A stretch of DNA of 64,000 nt from a virus, in the IMG/VR virus record IMGVR_UViG_3300037485_001872, positions 32,001 through 96,000 of that record. One strand, 5' to 3'. The translations under genes and the position numbers were made by a program. The notes below the pieces were generated by a model. It ran no database searches, was not told where the DNA came from, and saw only the letters and a list, made by a program, of their open reading frames with translations. Of the stretch, positions 27,315-36,659 are shown piece by piece (the first letter of the stretch is position 1; each line of letters begins with the position of its first letter).

Positions 27315-27659
27315 ATGAAATTATCAATAAATCCCCCACCAAATGACCGTAAATGTATGCGATGTGGAAAACCTTCCTCAGAATGTTTACCCTTTAGAAA
27401 AGAAGGAGACCCTTTAGTTGGAAATTTTGAGGGAGCCAAGTTAGTTAAAATCTTTAGAGATATGGGTGATAACTTGGATATTCCTGATGAACAGAGAGTT
27501 TTATATGATAAAATTATAGACGCATATTGTCATGTTACAGACTTTACCATTCTTGAAGAGGAATTTGGAGTAGAACAAGTAAAATCAGCAATGATGTATG
27601 ACCAACTATGTAGTACAGTAGCTTCCTCATGGGAGTGTAGAGATTGTATAATATTATGA
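27315..27659 (+). CDS. Zinc-finger protein
   Basis: CMRC..CRDC; leaderless after ATGACA 27277 and TATATTTG 27303-27310. Confidence 0.65.
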   Translation: MKLSINPPPNDRKCMRCGKPSSECLPFRKEGDPLVGNFEGAKLVKIFRDMGDNLDIPDEQRVLYDKIIDAYCHVTDFTILEEEFGVEQVKSAMMYDQLCSTVASSWECRDCIIL

Positions 27660-27985
27660 AAGAATATATATTGTGTGCCGCAATTTGGTATAAAGATATT
27701 CCACTAAAAAAAGTGATTGAAGGGGTATTACCAAAAAACTGTAATGTTGGAATAGTTGTACTAGGACATAGACATGGACAATGTATGTGGACAATGGGAA
27801 GCTTAACAGGATTACGAAGTGTTACAAATGGGGAAGATAGTGTAGGAGAATATGAACAAGGTTTTTTGACTAATACGAATAAATTTGTAGGAAGGAAAGA
27901 AGCGTGGGTAATAGCAAAGGAGGCTAATCAAATAATTAAACAGTCTGGTGGTGAAGGTATATTATATAGCGAAGATTTATATTAA
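27656..27985 (+). CDS. Conserved phage protein (G.RH..EQGF.T..FV.R.EA..LYSEDL family)
   Basis: Recognisable motif string, function unknown. Confidence 0.7.
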   Translation: MKEYILCAAIWYKDIPLKKVIEGVLPKNCNVGIVVLGHRHGQCMWTMGSLTGLRSVTNGEDSVGEYEQGFLTNTNKFVGRKEAWVIAKEANQIIKQSGGEGILYSEDLY

Positions 27986-27987
27986 AA

Positions 27988-28470
27988 ATGAACATAAGAA
28001 TAAAAAAACTAAACGAATTAGCACAGATTCCAAAACAAGCCCATGCATTTGATGGGGGATGGGATGTTGTATGTACAGAAATTGAGCAAGTGGCCGAGGA
28101 TTTTGTTATATGTAAACTTGGGTTTGCATTAGAGGTTCCTGAACGCTATAAGTTAACTCTTGTACCAAGGAGTTCCCTCACTAGTACACATTGGATTGTA
28201 CAGAACTCGCCAGGATTGGGAGATGCCCACTACAGAGGAGAATATCAATATAGATTTAGAGCTCTACCTACAGGGGTTTTTAGAAAGTCTAATGCAGTTT
28301 ATAAGTTATCATATCCAGAATTTCCATATAAAGTGGGAGACAGAATTGGTCAGGTGTATTTGGAGGAAGTGATTCCTATGACCTTTAAGGAGGTTGACTA
28401 TTTATATGAAAGTGAAAGAAATACAGGTGGTTATGGTAGTACAGGAAATTCACCCTTAATTACTGACTAA
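27988..28470 (+). CDS. dut: Trimeric dUTPase
   Basis: GWD, PRSS, NSPGLGDAHYRGE, GDRIGQ, R.TGGYGSTG. Confidence 0.92.
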   Translation: MNIRIKKLNELAQIPKQAHAFDGGWDVVCTEIEQVAEDFVICKLGFALEVPERYKLTLVPRSSLTSTHWIVQNSPGLGDAHYRGEYQYRFRALPTGVFRKSNAVYKLSYPEFPYKVGDRIGQVYLEEVIPMTFKEVDYLYESERNTGGYGSTGNSPLITD

Positions 28471-28799
28471 TGAGTGGTGGACATTACGACTACAGGTATC
28501 ATGCACTCAATGAGTTAGCTGACGCTATAGAGCAAGATTTTTTGCAAGACGGAAAATACATGACAGGTGATTATTCTGCTCCTCACATTGGCTTTAGTAG
28601 ACACCCACAAGTAGGAGCCGATAGAATTGGTGATGCCACAGAGGAAGAACGCCCTTTAATATTGGCAGAAATAAAATCATTAATAGCAGATTTAAAAAAA
28701 TGTGCTTTTAGGGCTAGAGAAATTGAATGGTATATGTCTGGAGACACTGGAGCAACTTCTTATTTAAAAAGATTGAATACATATGAAAACAGGAATTAA
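28470..28799 (+). CDS. Hypothetical protein
   Basis: MSGGHYDY..IEWYMSGD family; TAATG overlap. Confidence 0.65.
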   Translation: MSGGHYDYRYHALNELADAIEQDFLQDGKYMTGDYSAPHIGFSRHPQVGADRIGDATEEERPLILAEIKSLIADLKKCAFRAREIEWYMSGDTGATSYLKRLNTYENRN

Positions 28800-29112
28800 A
28801 GACTTCTTTAAACAACTACGAGAAAAGGAAAGATTTGAAAAGAGGGTGGAGGAACTTCATTATACTTCAGGGACAGAAACAGAAAAATTCACACCTTTGT
28901 ACAGACAAAGAATGTTAGGAATACCAAACATAACATTTTCTATTTGTTATAAGGAGACTATCCCAGGTCAACTAACTATACCAAATAGTGAAACGTTTCT
29001 ATTTAGATTAGATGATGAAGATTTAAAATACTTTGCTGACAAATACCGACCTCAATTACAAAAAGAACTTGAAGAAAATATAGCTACATTAAAGAATGAA
29101 TATGACATCTAA
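28783..29112 (+). CDS. Hypothetical protein
   Basis: 109-aa ORF. Confidence 0.6.
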   Translation: MKTGIKDFFKQLREKERFEKRVEELHYTSGTETEKFTPLYRQRMLGIPNITFSICYKETIPGQLTIPNSETFLFRLDDEDLKYFADKYRPQLQKELEENIATLKNEYDI

Positions 29113-29350
29113 AGATAAAGCAATACTAGAATGTTGGAAAATCTGGCAACTAACAGAAACTGACGAAGATTTAAAGAATGTAAGTATGGAATGGCTTGAT
29201 GCAGTGTGGCAAGCTATTTTCATTTTTAATAATGTAGATGTTGACCTTTGTGATGAAATGTTAGAAGAGTTAAACTCAGTGGATAAGTTTAAAAATTATT
29301 CTAAATTTAGAGAAGTTTTTTATTTTATTCCCTTGGAAGACTTTAATTAA
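29102..29350 (+). CDS. Hypothetical protein
   Basis: Acidic ORF. Confidence 0.55.
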   Translation: MTSKDKAILECWKIWQLTETDEDLKNVSMEWLDAVWQAIFIFNNVDVDLCDEMLEELNSVDKFKNYSKFREVFYFIPLEDFN

Positions 29351-29389
29351 AATTGTATATTTGCATTATTAAAAATTATTATAAAAAAC

Positions 29390-31606
29390 ATGAGTAAAGG
29401 AAAACAATTACTATCAGATTTAAAATTATACTCTGATTATTTGAAATGGAATGAGGATTTGGGACGTTATGAAACATGGGCGGAGGCGTGTAAAGATGTG
29501 TTAGATACACACTTACTAAAATATGGAGAAAAGGTTCAACCTCTTATTAATGAGGTGTTACCACATTATATAAATAAAGAGTTCTTAACATCACAAAGAA
29601 ATCTTCAGTTTAGGAAAGAAAGTATTGCAAAAAATAATGCTAAACTTTACAATTGCTCTGTACTATATGCTTATGCCCCTGACTGTTTTAATAAGGGGTT
29701 TTTTATGTTATTATCTGGTTGTGGACTAGGTGTTAATTTAAAAAATAAATACACCTCCCAAATGCCAAATATTGAGAAAAGAACAGAAGAAACTGTTACT
29801 TTTGTAGTTCCCGACAGTATTGAGGGTTGGGCAGAATCAATGAAAGTTCTTATTAGTTCATATTGTCAACACCCATCTCTCTATCCACAATATTTTGGAA
29901 AGAAAATAAGAATGGATTATTCTTTAATAAGAGAAGAGGGTAGTTATATAACAGGAGGGTTTTCGGCTCCTGGGCACATGGGTTTGAGGCAATCAATAGA
30001 TTTAATTGAAAAACTTTTTGATAAAGAACTTTCTAAAGCAGATAGTATTGAATTTAGAAGCTATTTAATATATAATGTATTTATGTATATATCGGATGCT
30101 GTTCTATCTGGTGGTGTAAGGAGGTCGGCCATGAATGTTATAATTGATGAAGATGATACTGAGATGGTTTACGCTAAAACAGGTGATTGGAGAACAACCC
30201 ATCCACATTTTGCAAGAAGTAATAATTCGGTGGGTTTGATGAAATACTCTTTCTCAAAAGAGAAGTTTCAAGAACTAATTGATTTAAATGTTGGTGATAA
30301 TGATATTGGTTTTGTTTTATTAGAATCTGAAAATCAGATGTTTAACCCCTGTTTCGAGATTGGCTTTGATTTCTATGATAAAATTAAAGATAGAAACTAC
30401 ACTGTAATTCAGCTTTGTAATCTATGTGAAGGTAATGCAATGTCTTGTTACAATAATAGAGGAAAATTTGAGGAAGAACGTTTCTATAGATTATGTCGTA
30501 ATTTAGCCATTGTGGGGTCATTGCAGGCTGGATACACATCTTTTCCATACTTGGGTAAGGAAACGGAAGAAATAGTGGCTGGAGAGGCTTTATTGGGTTG
30601 TAGTATAACAGGGTGGATGAATGTTCCCGAATTATTTAACCCTGAAATTTTATCCAAGGGGGTAGAAATAATTAGACAAACAAATAAAGAAGTGACCGAG
30701 CTTATTGGTATCAGTATTGCAGCTAGATTAACCTGTACAAAACCATCTGGAAATGCCTCAGTTATTTTACAAACACCTTCTGGAATACACCCAGAGCATT
30801 CTGAGAGATATTTTAGAATAATGCAACTAAATAAAAATTCTGAAGTTGCCAAGTATTTAGAAGAAAAACAACCTTTCTTAATAGAAGAATCTGTATGGAG
30901 CCGTACAAATACTGATTATGTTGTTTTTATTCCTGTAGAAAATCCAAAACAAGGGTATTTTAAGGAAAATTTAACAGATATTGAGCATTTGAGGTTAATA
31001 AACATGGTACAAGAGCATTGGGTTTTTAAGGGGAATAACCCAGAGGTGGCCTATAACCCTAATATCCACCATAACGTATCTAATACAGTGTTAATAGATG
31101 ACAAAGAGGCCATTGTAGATTATATTTTTAATAATCAGAAATACTTTGTAGCAGTTTCTTTTTTAGATAGAAGTGGTGATAAGGATTTTAATCAAGCTCC
31201 ATTTACATCGGTGTTAACATCGGAGGAATTACTAAAAGAATATGGGGATGCAGCTTTATTAGCATCAGGTTTAATAGTAGATGGTTTAGATGTTTTTGAT
31301 AATAATTTATGGGAAGCTTGTGATTACATATTAGATAGGGATAAAAAACTCTATGGTATTAGAAAAGAAAAGCTGTTAAAGAAAGACTGGTTAGAAAGGG
31401 CTAGAAAGTTTGCAAAAAACTATTTTAAAAATGATTTAAAGAAGTTAATATATTGCCTTAAAGATTTACACCTATACCATAAATGGTGTACTGTAAATAG
31501 AGAGTTGAAACCAATTAACTTTTTTGAAATACTATCGGCTCCCACATTTAAAAATGTGAACACTATGGGGGCTGTAGCATGTTCTGGGGGTAGTTGTGAA
31601 ATATAA
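29390..31606 (+). CDS. nrdJ: Class II (adenosylcobalamin-dependent) ribonucleotide reductase
   Basis: RYETW, YNC, GCGLG, GGVRRSA, NPCFEI, CNLCE, KPSGNAS, C-terminal ACSGGSCEI; no NrdB in window. Confidence 0.85.
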   Translation: MSKGKQLLSDLKLYSDYLKWNEDLGRYETWAEACKDVLDTHLLKYGEKVQPLINEVLPHYINKEFLTSQRNLQFRKESIAKNNAKLYNCSVLYAYAPDCFNKGFFMLLSGCGLGVNLKNKYTSQMPNIEKRTEETVTFVVPDSIEGWAESMKVLISSYCQHPSLYPQYFGKKIRMDYSLIREEGSYITGGFSAPGHMGLRQSIDLIEKLFDKELSKADSIEFRSYLIYNVFMYISDAVLSGGVRRSAMNVIIDEDDTEMVYAKTGDWRTTHPHFARSNNSVGLMKYSFSKEKFQELIDLNVGDNDIGFVLLESENQMFNPCFEIGFDFYDKIKDRNYTVIQLCNLCEGNAMSCYNNRGKFEEERFYRLCRNLAIVGSLQAGYTSFPYLGKETEEIVAGEALLGCSITGWMNVPELFNPEILSKGVEIIRQTNKEVTELIGISIAARLTCTKPSGNASVILQTPSGIHPEHSERYFRIMQLNKNSEVAKYLEEKQPFLIEESVWSRTNTDYVVFIPVENPKQGYFKENLTDIEHLRLINMVQEHWVFKGNNPEVAYNPNIHHNVSNTVLIDDKEAIVDYIFNNQKYFVAVSFLDRSGDKDFNQAPFTSVLTSEELLKEYGDAALLASGLIVDGLDVFDNNLWEACDYILDRDKKLYGIRKEKLLKKDWLERARKFAKNYFKNDLKKLIYCLKDLHLYHKWCTVNRELKPINFFEILSAPTFKNVNTMGAVACSGGSCEI

Positions 31607-31611
31607 TAATT

Positions 31612-31683
31612 TGTAATATTACTGTCATGAAAGCGAAATGTAAAAGTTTCGCTTTTTTGTTTAATAAATTTTTCGTATATTTG
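31612..31683 (+). promoter_or_regulatory. Inverted (TGTCA-sense) box, terminator hairpin and promoter
   Basis: TGTAAT 31612, TGTCAT 31623; hairpin AAGCGAAA/TTTCGCTT; TATATTTG 31676-31683. Confidence 0.6.
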
Positions 31684-31707
31684 TACCATAGATTAAAACA
31701 CTACACA

Positions 31708-32031
31708 ATGATACCATGTATTTGTATAGACGACAAAAATAAACCCTCCATCATCCCTGATAGTTTATGGGTGAAGGAAGGGGAGCGTTACACTATTAGC
31801 CACATATATCAACATCAAAATTCTGAACAAAAAGGACTTCAGAGTTGTGACCTGGCCGAATTAGATATTTCAGCCTACATTCCCTATAAGCATTTTCTAT
31901 TAACTCGTTTTGCTATTAATGCAAATGACCTAGAGAAATTAAAAGCTTTATTAAAGGATTGTACGGATATGAATGATGCCGACATTAGTGAGTTAATTGA
32001 AATTTTAGAAACTGAAGAAGTAGAATTATGA
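31708..32031 (+). CDS. Hypothetical protein
   Basis: MIPCICIDD..WVKEG..YT; start moved downstream of promoter. Confidence 0.65.
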   Translation: MIPCICIDDKNKPSIIPDSLWVKEGERYTISHIYQHQNSEQKGLQSCDLAELDISAYIPYKHFLLTRFAINANDLEKLKALLKDCTDMNDADISELIEILETEEVEL

Positions 32032-32246
32032 CCAAAGAAGAAAAAGAATTTAATGTAAAGTTTAATGAAAGGATGCAAGAAATTCTATCCGAAGGATTTT
32101 CATTACATCACGATTCAAATCAATATATAATTCAATGTACAGGGTATGGTGAAAAAGATTTTACAGCAATGGAGTGGAATGGAGATAAACCAAAAGATTT
32201 TGATACAGTTGAAAAAGCAATGAATTATATAAACAAAAAGTCATGA
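32028..32246 (+). CDS. Hypothetical protein
   Basis: 72-aa ORF, ATGA overlap. Confidence 0.6.
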   Translation: MTKEEKEFNVKFNERMQEILSEGFSLHHDSNQYIIQCTGYGEKDFTAMEWNGDKPKDFDTVEKAMNYINKKS

Positions 32247-32680
32247 GCCTAATTGATATTTTATTTGCAGATGATGAACATGAAGAAAGTATTCTAAGTA
32301 AGAGGAGAATATATTTTGCTCATCCAATAAACACCTATAACACTATTCTGGAAACATTCTTTCTAGATTATATGAAGAAATACCCTGATGTGTTTATTGT
32401 AAATCCAAATAGTGCTGAACATGAGAAACAATATAAATTAAAAGGGATGTCTTATTTTAAAACCCTAGTACGTTCTTGTGATAAACTAATTGCTTTTGGT
32501 TTTGGGGATAACTCTATTGGAGCTGGAATAGCTAAGGAGATGGATTGGATGAGGGAAAAGGGTGGAACAGTTATTTTTATGCCCTTTTTTAGGGAATGGG
32601 ATGAAATGGTGGTTCCATGTGCCAAGCAATTTAATGTGCTTTCGGTGGAGGAAACAAGAGAAAAACTTAAACAATTCTAA
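32243..32680 (+). CDS. Nucleoside-deoxyribosyltransferase-fold protein
   Basis: IYFAHP..IVNP..CDKLIAF..GAGIAKE. Confidence 0.5.
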   Translation: MSLIDILFADDEHEESILSKRRIYFAHPINTYNTILETFFLDYMKKYPDVFIVNPNSAEHEKQYKLKGMSYFKTLVRSCDKLIAFGFGDNSIGAGIAKEMDWMREKGGTVIFMPFFREWDEMVVPCAKQFNVLSVEETREKLKQF

Positions 32681-32883
32681 TGAGCTATTTTAAACAAGTT
32701 AGAGAAGAGCTAGGTTTAGATGCCGCAGATTTTCATACCTATTTTACAAAGTATGGTGGGGAATTTATGTTTATATATAATCCTTTATATGATGCAGGTA
32801 CTAATAAAATTTTAAAGGACAACCATAATAAAGCAAATCAAACTGCTATAAATATGATGAGAATTACATTTAATAAATTATAA
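32680..32883 (+). CDS. Hypothetical protein
   Basis: 67-aa ORF. Confidence 0.5.
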   Translation: MSYFKQVREELGLDAADFHTYFTKYGGEFMFIYNPLYDAGTNKILKDNHNKANQTAINMMRITFNKL

Positions 32884-33045
32884 AATAATGAAACAAGTAT
32901 TATTAAAGTGGAGACCCCTAGAAGACATCACTACTTATGAATTAGCATTATGTATTCCTACATTATTATTAGGAGAAGAACATGTTCATATGGATGTAAT
33001 TTATTTTGACCAAAGGGTTTTGAGAAATTTTAAAGTGATTGATTT

Positions 33046-33297
33046 ATGAGACAAGTACTTTTTAAAAGGTGGATACCATCTGAATTTATAACAACTAGTA
33101 CAAATCCTCCACAAAGACAAAAAGTGGAAGGAACAGGGGGGTTTGAGCCTGAATTTATAAATGAGGGTCTTTTTCATCAATGGGCTTCTTCTTATGAAGA
33201 ATTTGAACATGGTGCTGGTAACTTCACAGTGGCTTTAGTTGAACTACAAAATGGCACAATTGAGGAAGTGCTGCCGAAACATATAAAATTTATATAA
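33046..33297 (+). CDS. Hypothetical protein, paralog of N-terminal half of 15440..15931
   Basis: Shared motif EGLFHQWA..GAGNFTVAL. Confidence 0.65.
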   Translation: MRQVLFKRWIPSEFITTSTNPPQRQKVEGTGGFEPEFINEGLFHQWASSYEEFEHGAGNFTVALVELQNGTIEEVLPKHIKFI

Positions 33298-33524
33298 TGA
33301 CAGAAGAACAAATAATCACTTACGAATACTGTAAAAAAGATATTGCACAACTAAAGGGGTGGAAAGAAAAACTACCTTTCGGTCATCAAAACCATGGATG
33401 TGGGAGCCAAGTTCCAAATATAGAACATGAGCTTGAACAAATACATAGAACAATGTATGAAGTAGTTCGGTCTGCAATGAACGCTGCGATTGAGGAAATT
33501 GAGAAGAAAATAAATAGTATATGA
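33297..33524 (+). CDS. Hypothetical protein
   Basis: 75-aa ORF. Confidence 0.55.
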   Translation: MTEEQIITYEYCKKDIAQLKGWKEKLPFGHQNHGCGSQVPNIEHELEQIHRTMYEVVRSAMNAAIEEIEKKINSI

Positions 33525-35779
33525 TTAAATTTGTAGCTAAATACTCTATAGAGGGGATTGAAAATAGTACTATTGAGGAATGCTTGAGCTACCTCTCGAC
33601 TTTAGAGGTAGTAGGAATAGATACTGAAACGAGTAAACATCCTAAGTATGGTCATCTAGAAACAGAGATTTATAAAGGAGGTCTTTGTCCCTTTTTAAGT
33701 AGGGTATTAATGCTTCAAATAGGGGACTTACACCAACAATTTGTTATAGATGTACGGGATTTTACCAAGGAAGAATTAAAACCCCTAATAGAGTTCTTAC
33801 ATTGGAATGATAAAGTTATTTTTGTAGGCCAAAACCTAAAATTTGATGGAAAGCACCTCAGACATAATTTTGGTATACGCCTTAAAAAAGTATATGATAC
33901 TATGCTTGCAGAAATTAGTCTATATAATGGGTTAAACATTCCCTTATCTTTAGCAGGATTAGCTAAAAAGTACTTAGGAGTAACTGAAGTAAAACAGAAA
34001 ACAGGTAATTTATTTGAAGAGAGTTTAGATATATCTGAACAAATAACACTGGATGAGGAGCTATTGAAGCTCGATGGGTATATATCCCCATTTGAGGTAG
34101 CAAATTTACTACAAATAAATAAAAGTACTCGTTTACAATTCATAAACTTAAAAGCCCAACCTTTCACTTATGAACAAGTTGCATATGGGGGAGATGATAT
34201 TATTTACCCACTCCTTATAAGAGATAAACAATCCTTGGGACATAATTTATTTGGATTTCATTTTTACAACGGGGATAATATCCGTTTTGAAAGTACTTAT
34301 ACTCAGGTAGGGGTAGATATGGAATATGTTGGGCTCCCTTTCTCTAAAAAAATATGGCAAGACTTATTTGAGGTAAATAAGATAGAATATGAGCAACGGT
34401 TAGCAGATTTAGATAAATATGTTATAGATACTTATGGAACAGCCGAACAGCTTGACTTATTTGAAGCTAAGTCTCATGGTATAGAATGGGGGTCTCCTAA
34501 ACAGGTAGTAAACTTTTTTAGGAAGCTAAACGCATGTCCAAGGGAAAAGTCAAAAAGCACTAAACAAATGGAGTGGTCAGTATCTGCTAAAGCGATGCTA
34601 CCCACCCTTTCAAATAAGTTAAAAGATTTTTATATGAAGGATAAGTGGCAACCGATTACAGATGTACCTTCTTTAAAGTTAGCTTACCTATTAGTGCGAA
34701 AAGCTAAAATGAATATCACTACTTATGGGGAAGAATTTTTACGTTATGTTCATCCTATCACAGGGAGACTACACCCATCATATCGGCTACATTTACTATC
34801 AGCTAGAACAGCCACCACCTCCCCAAATCTACTAGCAATTCCAGGAAGCCATAGAATAGCTTTCACCACTGAGGGTACAGATAAGGTGCTTATTACTAAC
34901 GATTTTTCATCACAAGAAAGTCGCATAATAGGGGCTTATAGTGCGGATATTTCTCTAACTTCCTTTTTCAATAATGGTCATCCTATATTTGGAGATGACT
35001 TCCATAGTTACACAGCCGACTTAGTAGAGAAAATACGTAATCCCAAATCTACCGATAAATTTTTTCCAAAAGGGCATCCTGAATTTACACATGATATGGA
35101 TGAAAAGAGGCAACGTACCAAGGCTACGAACTTTGGTTTAGCATACGGCATAACCGCAATTTCCCTATCTAAAACACTAGGTATAGATGAAGAAGATGCA
35201 GAACAATTAATGTCAGACTATTTTGAAGCCCTCCCACAACTTAAAGAATTTTTAAACAATTCCTCAGCAGATGCCCAAGATAAGGGTTACATCATTTTTG
35301 AGCCAAAACTTCAAGCTGTATTTTTGCAAGCTGGGTTTGGGGCAATGAAAAAGAAGAGAGAGAAGTGTATGGGTTATTTCTTCAATGACGAGTATAAGGC
35401 AATGAATAAAACTAATAGGGCTATTTACAAAGCAGATTTATATGCTAAAAATCCACAAATAAAAAAGGATTTTACAGATATAGGGGTGATGACCTCTCGT
35501 TTAGGAAACAGAGGGTGTAATCTAAAGATTCAGGGATGTGCTGCAAAACAATCTAAGTTAGCACAGATGAAAATGAGACAACATTCTATTATACATCCTG
35601 AATTAGGGTGGAATATTTGTTTATTATTACATGATGAGGTAGTTAGTGAATCAGATATTTTACATGCAGAAACTGTGTCTAAGTTACAAGGAAAATATAT
35701 GAAGGACTCCGCAGAATACTTTTGTGAAAATGTGATATTCGAAACTTCTGGTAAAATTTCTAAAGTTTGGGAACACTAA
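33521..35779 (+). CDS. polA: Family A DNA polymerase with 3'-5' exonuclease
   Basis: Exo DTET, NLKFD, YDTMLAE; motif A DFSSQESR, motif B RQRTKATNFGLAYG, motif C LHDE. Confidence 0.93.
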   Translation: MIKFVAKYSIEGIENSTIEECLSYLSTLEVVGIDTETSKHPKYGHLETEIYKGGLCPFLSRVLMLQIGDLHQQFVIDVRDFTKEELKPLIEFLHWNDKVIFVGQNLKFDGKHLRHNFGIRLKKVYDTMLAEISLYNGLNIPLSLAGLAKKYLGVTEVKQKTGNLFEESLDISEQITLDEELLKLDGYISPFEVANLLQINKSTRLQFINLKAQPFTYEQVAYGGDDIIYPLLIRDKQSLGHNLFGFHFYNGDNIRFESTYTQVGVDMEYVGLPFSKKIWQDLFEVNKIEYEQRLADLDKYVIDTYGTAEQLDLFEAKSHGIEWGSPKQVVNFFRKLNACPREKSKSTKQMEWSVSAKAMLPTLSNKLKDFYMKDKWQPITDVPSLKLAYLLVRKAKMNITTYGEEFLRYVHPITGRLHPSYRLHLLSARTATTSPNLLAIPGSHRIAFTTEGTDKVLITNDFSSQESRIIGAYSADISLTSFFNNGHPIFGDDFHSYTADLVEKIRNPKSTDKFFPKGHPEFTHDMDEKRQRTKATNFGLAYGITAISLSKTLGIDEEDAEQLMSDYFEALPQLKEFLNNSSADAQDKGYIIFEPKLQAVFLQAGFGAMKKKREKCMGYFFNDEYKAMNKTNRAIYKADLYAKNPQIKKDFTDIGVMTSRLGNRGCNLKIQGCAAKQSKLAQMKMRQHSIIHPELGWNICLLLHDEVVSESDILHAETVSKLQGKYMKDSAEYFCENVIFETSGKISKVWEH

Positions 35780-35820
35780 TAATATTAAATTTTATAAATT
35801 AGTAAATATAAAACAAGAAA

Positions 35821-36111
35821 ATGCAAGACAAAATAATTGATATAATTCTTTTTGTATTAAATGTGCCAAGAGAGTGGTTAACAAACCATTCTCAGAAAAC
35901 GGAATGTGTTAGACTTAGACAAGCTGTTTCTTTCTATTTAAAAAAATACACGGATAAGAGCTCTAGAGAAATCTCTAATGTTTTTGATAAAAACAACCAT
36001 GGGATAGTAAATAGCGGAGCCATTATATGGGAGCAAAATGTAGCTATTTCCTATGAGTACAAAATGTGGGATAAAAAAATTAAAGAACAAATAGAAAATG
36101 TCGGAATTTAG
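35821..36111 (+). CDS. DnaA domain-IV-like helix-turn-helix protein
   Basis: V..RQ..SFYLKKYT..S..EI...F.K.NH..V matches the Bac_DnaA_C pattern. Confidence 0.55.
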   Translation: MQDKIIDIILFVLNVPREWLTNHSQKTECVRLRQAVSFYLKKYTDKSSREISNVFDKNNHGIVNSGAIIWEQNVAISYEYKMWDKKIKEQIENVGI

Positions 36112-36316
36112 TAAAGAATGGTGTGAGGAAAATGACCCTCTAATGCCCTATGATTTCTCTATTAAAGAGGAATTTGAAAAATTAGAAGATGGCTACTTCA
36201 TATATATTATTTGTGAGGGGTATGGCTTTGTTGCTATAAATAATGACGGAGGCCAATGTAGACTTGGTTATGAGGATGTTATGGGAAATTTAGTTTGGAG
36301 GAAATATGACATTTAA
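36098..36316 (+). CDS. Hypothetical protein
   Basis: 72-aa ORF with ICEGYG motif. Confidence 0.6.
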   Translation: MSEFSKEWCEENDPLMPYDFSIKEEFEKLEDGYFIYIICEGYGFVAINNDGGQCRLGYEDVMGNLVWRKYDI

Positions 36317-36659
36317 AAGACTAACATATTTTCACATGGATGGTAGGAATGTAATATGTTTTCCGTATCTTTGCACCATGTTATTTATTCAAGTAATGTA
36401 TTTCCATATAAACTTCTGTCAAGTACCGTATAAATTTTATACAAGAAATGGTCTTTTCGAAAATTATGATATAATAAATTAATATGACAATAATTGATAT
36501 TTTAAAAGTGGAAACAGAAATGAAACGTTTCCAAGAAAGAATGGAGGCCGCTAAAACTAGAATCGCAGCAGATTCATGGGCAGTCCAAGGTTGTAAAGAA
36601 ACTGGAGCCCTAAAAAGGGCAGCTATGGATTTAAAGAATTGTTTAACAACACTTACAAA

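Noticed and set aside
29390-35779. Introns or inteins in RNR and DNA polymerase
   Set aside because: Both ORFs are continuous and of normal length, with no intein terminal motifs seen
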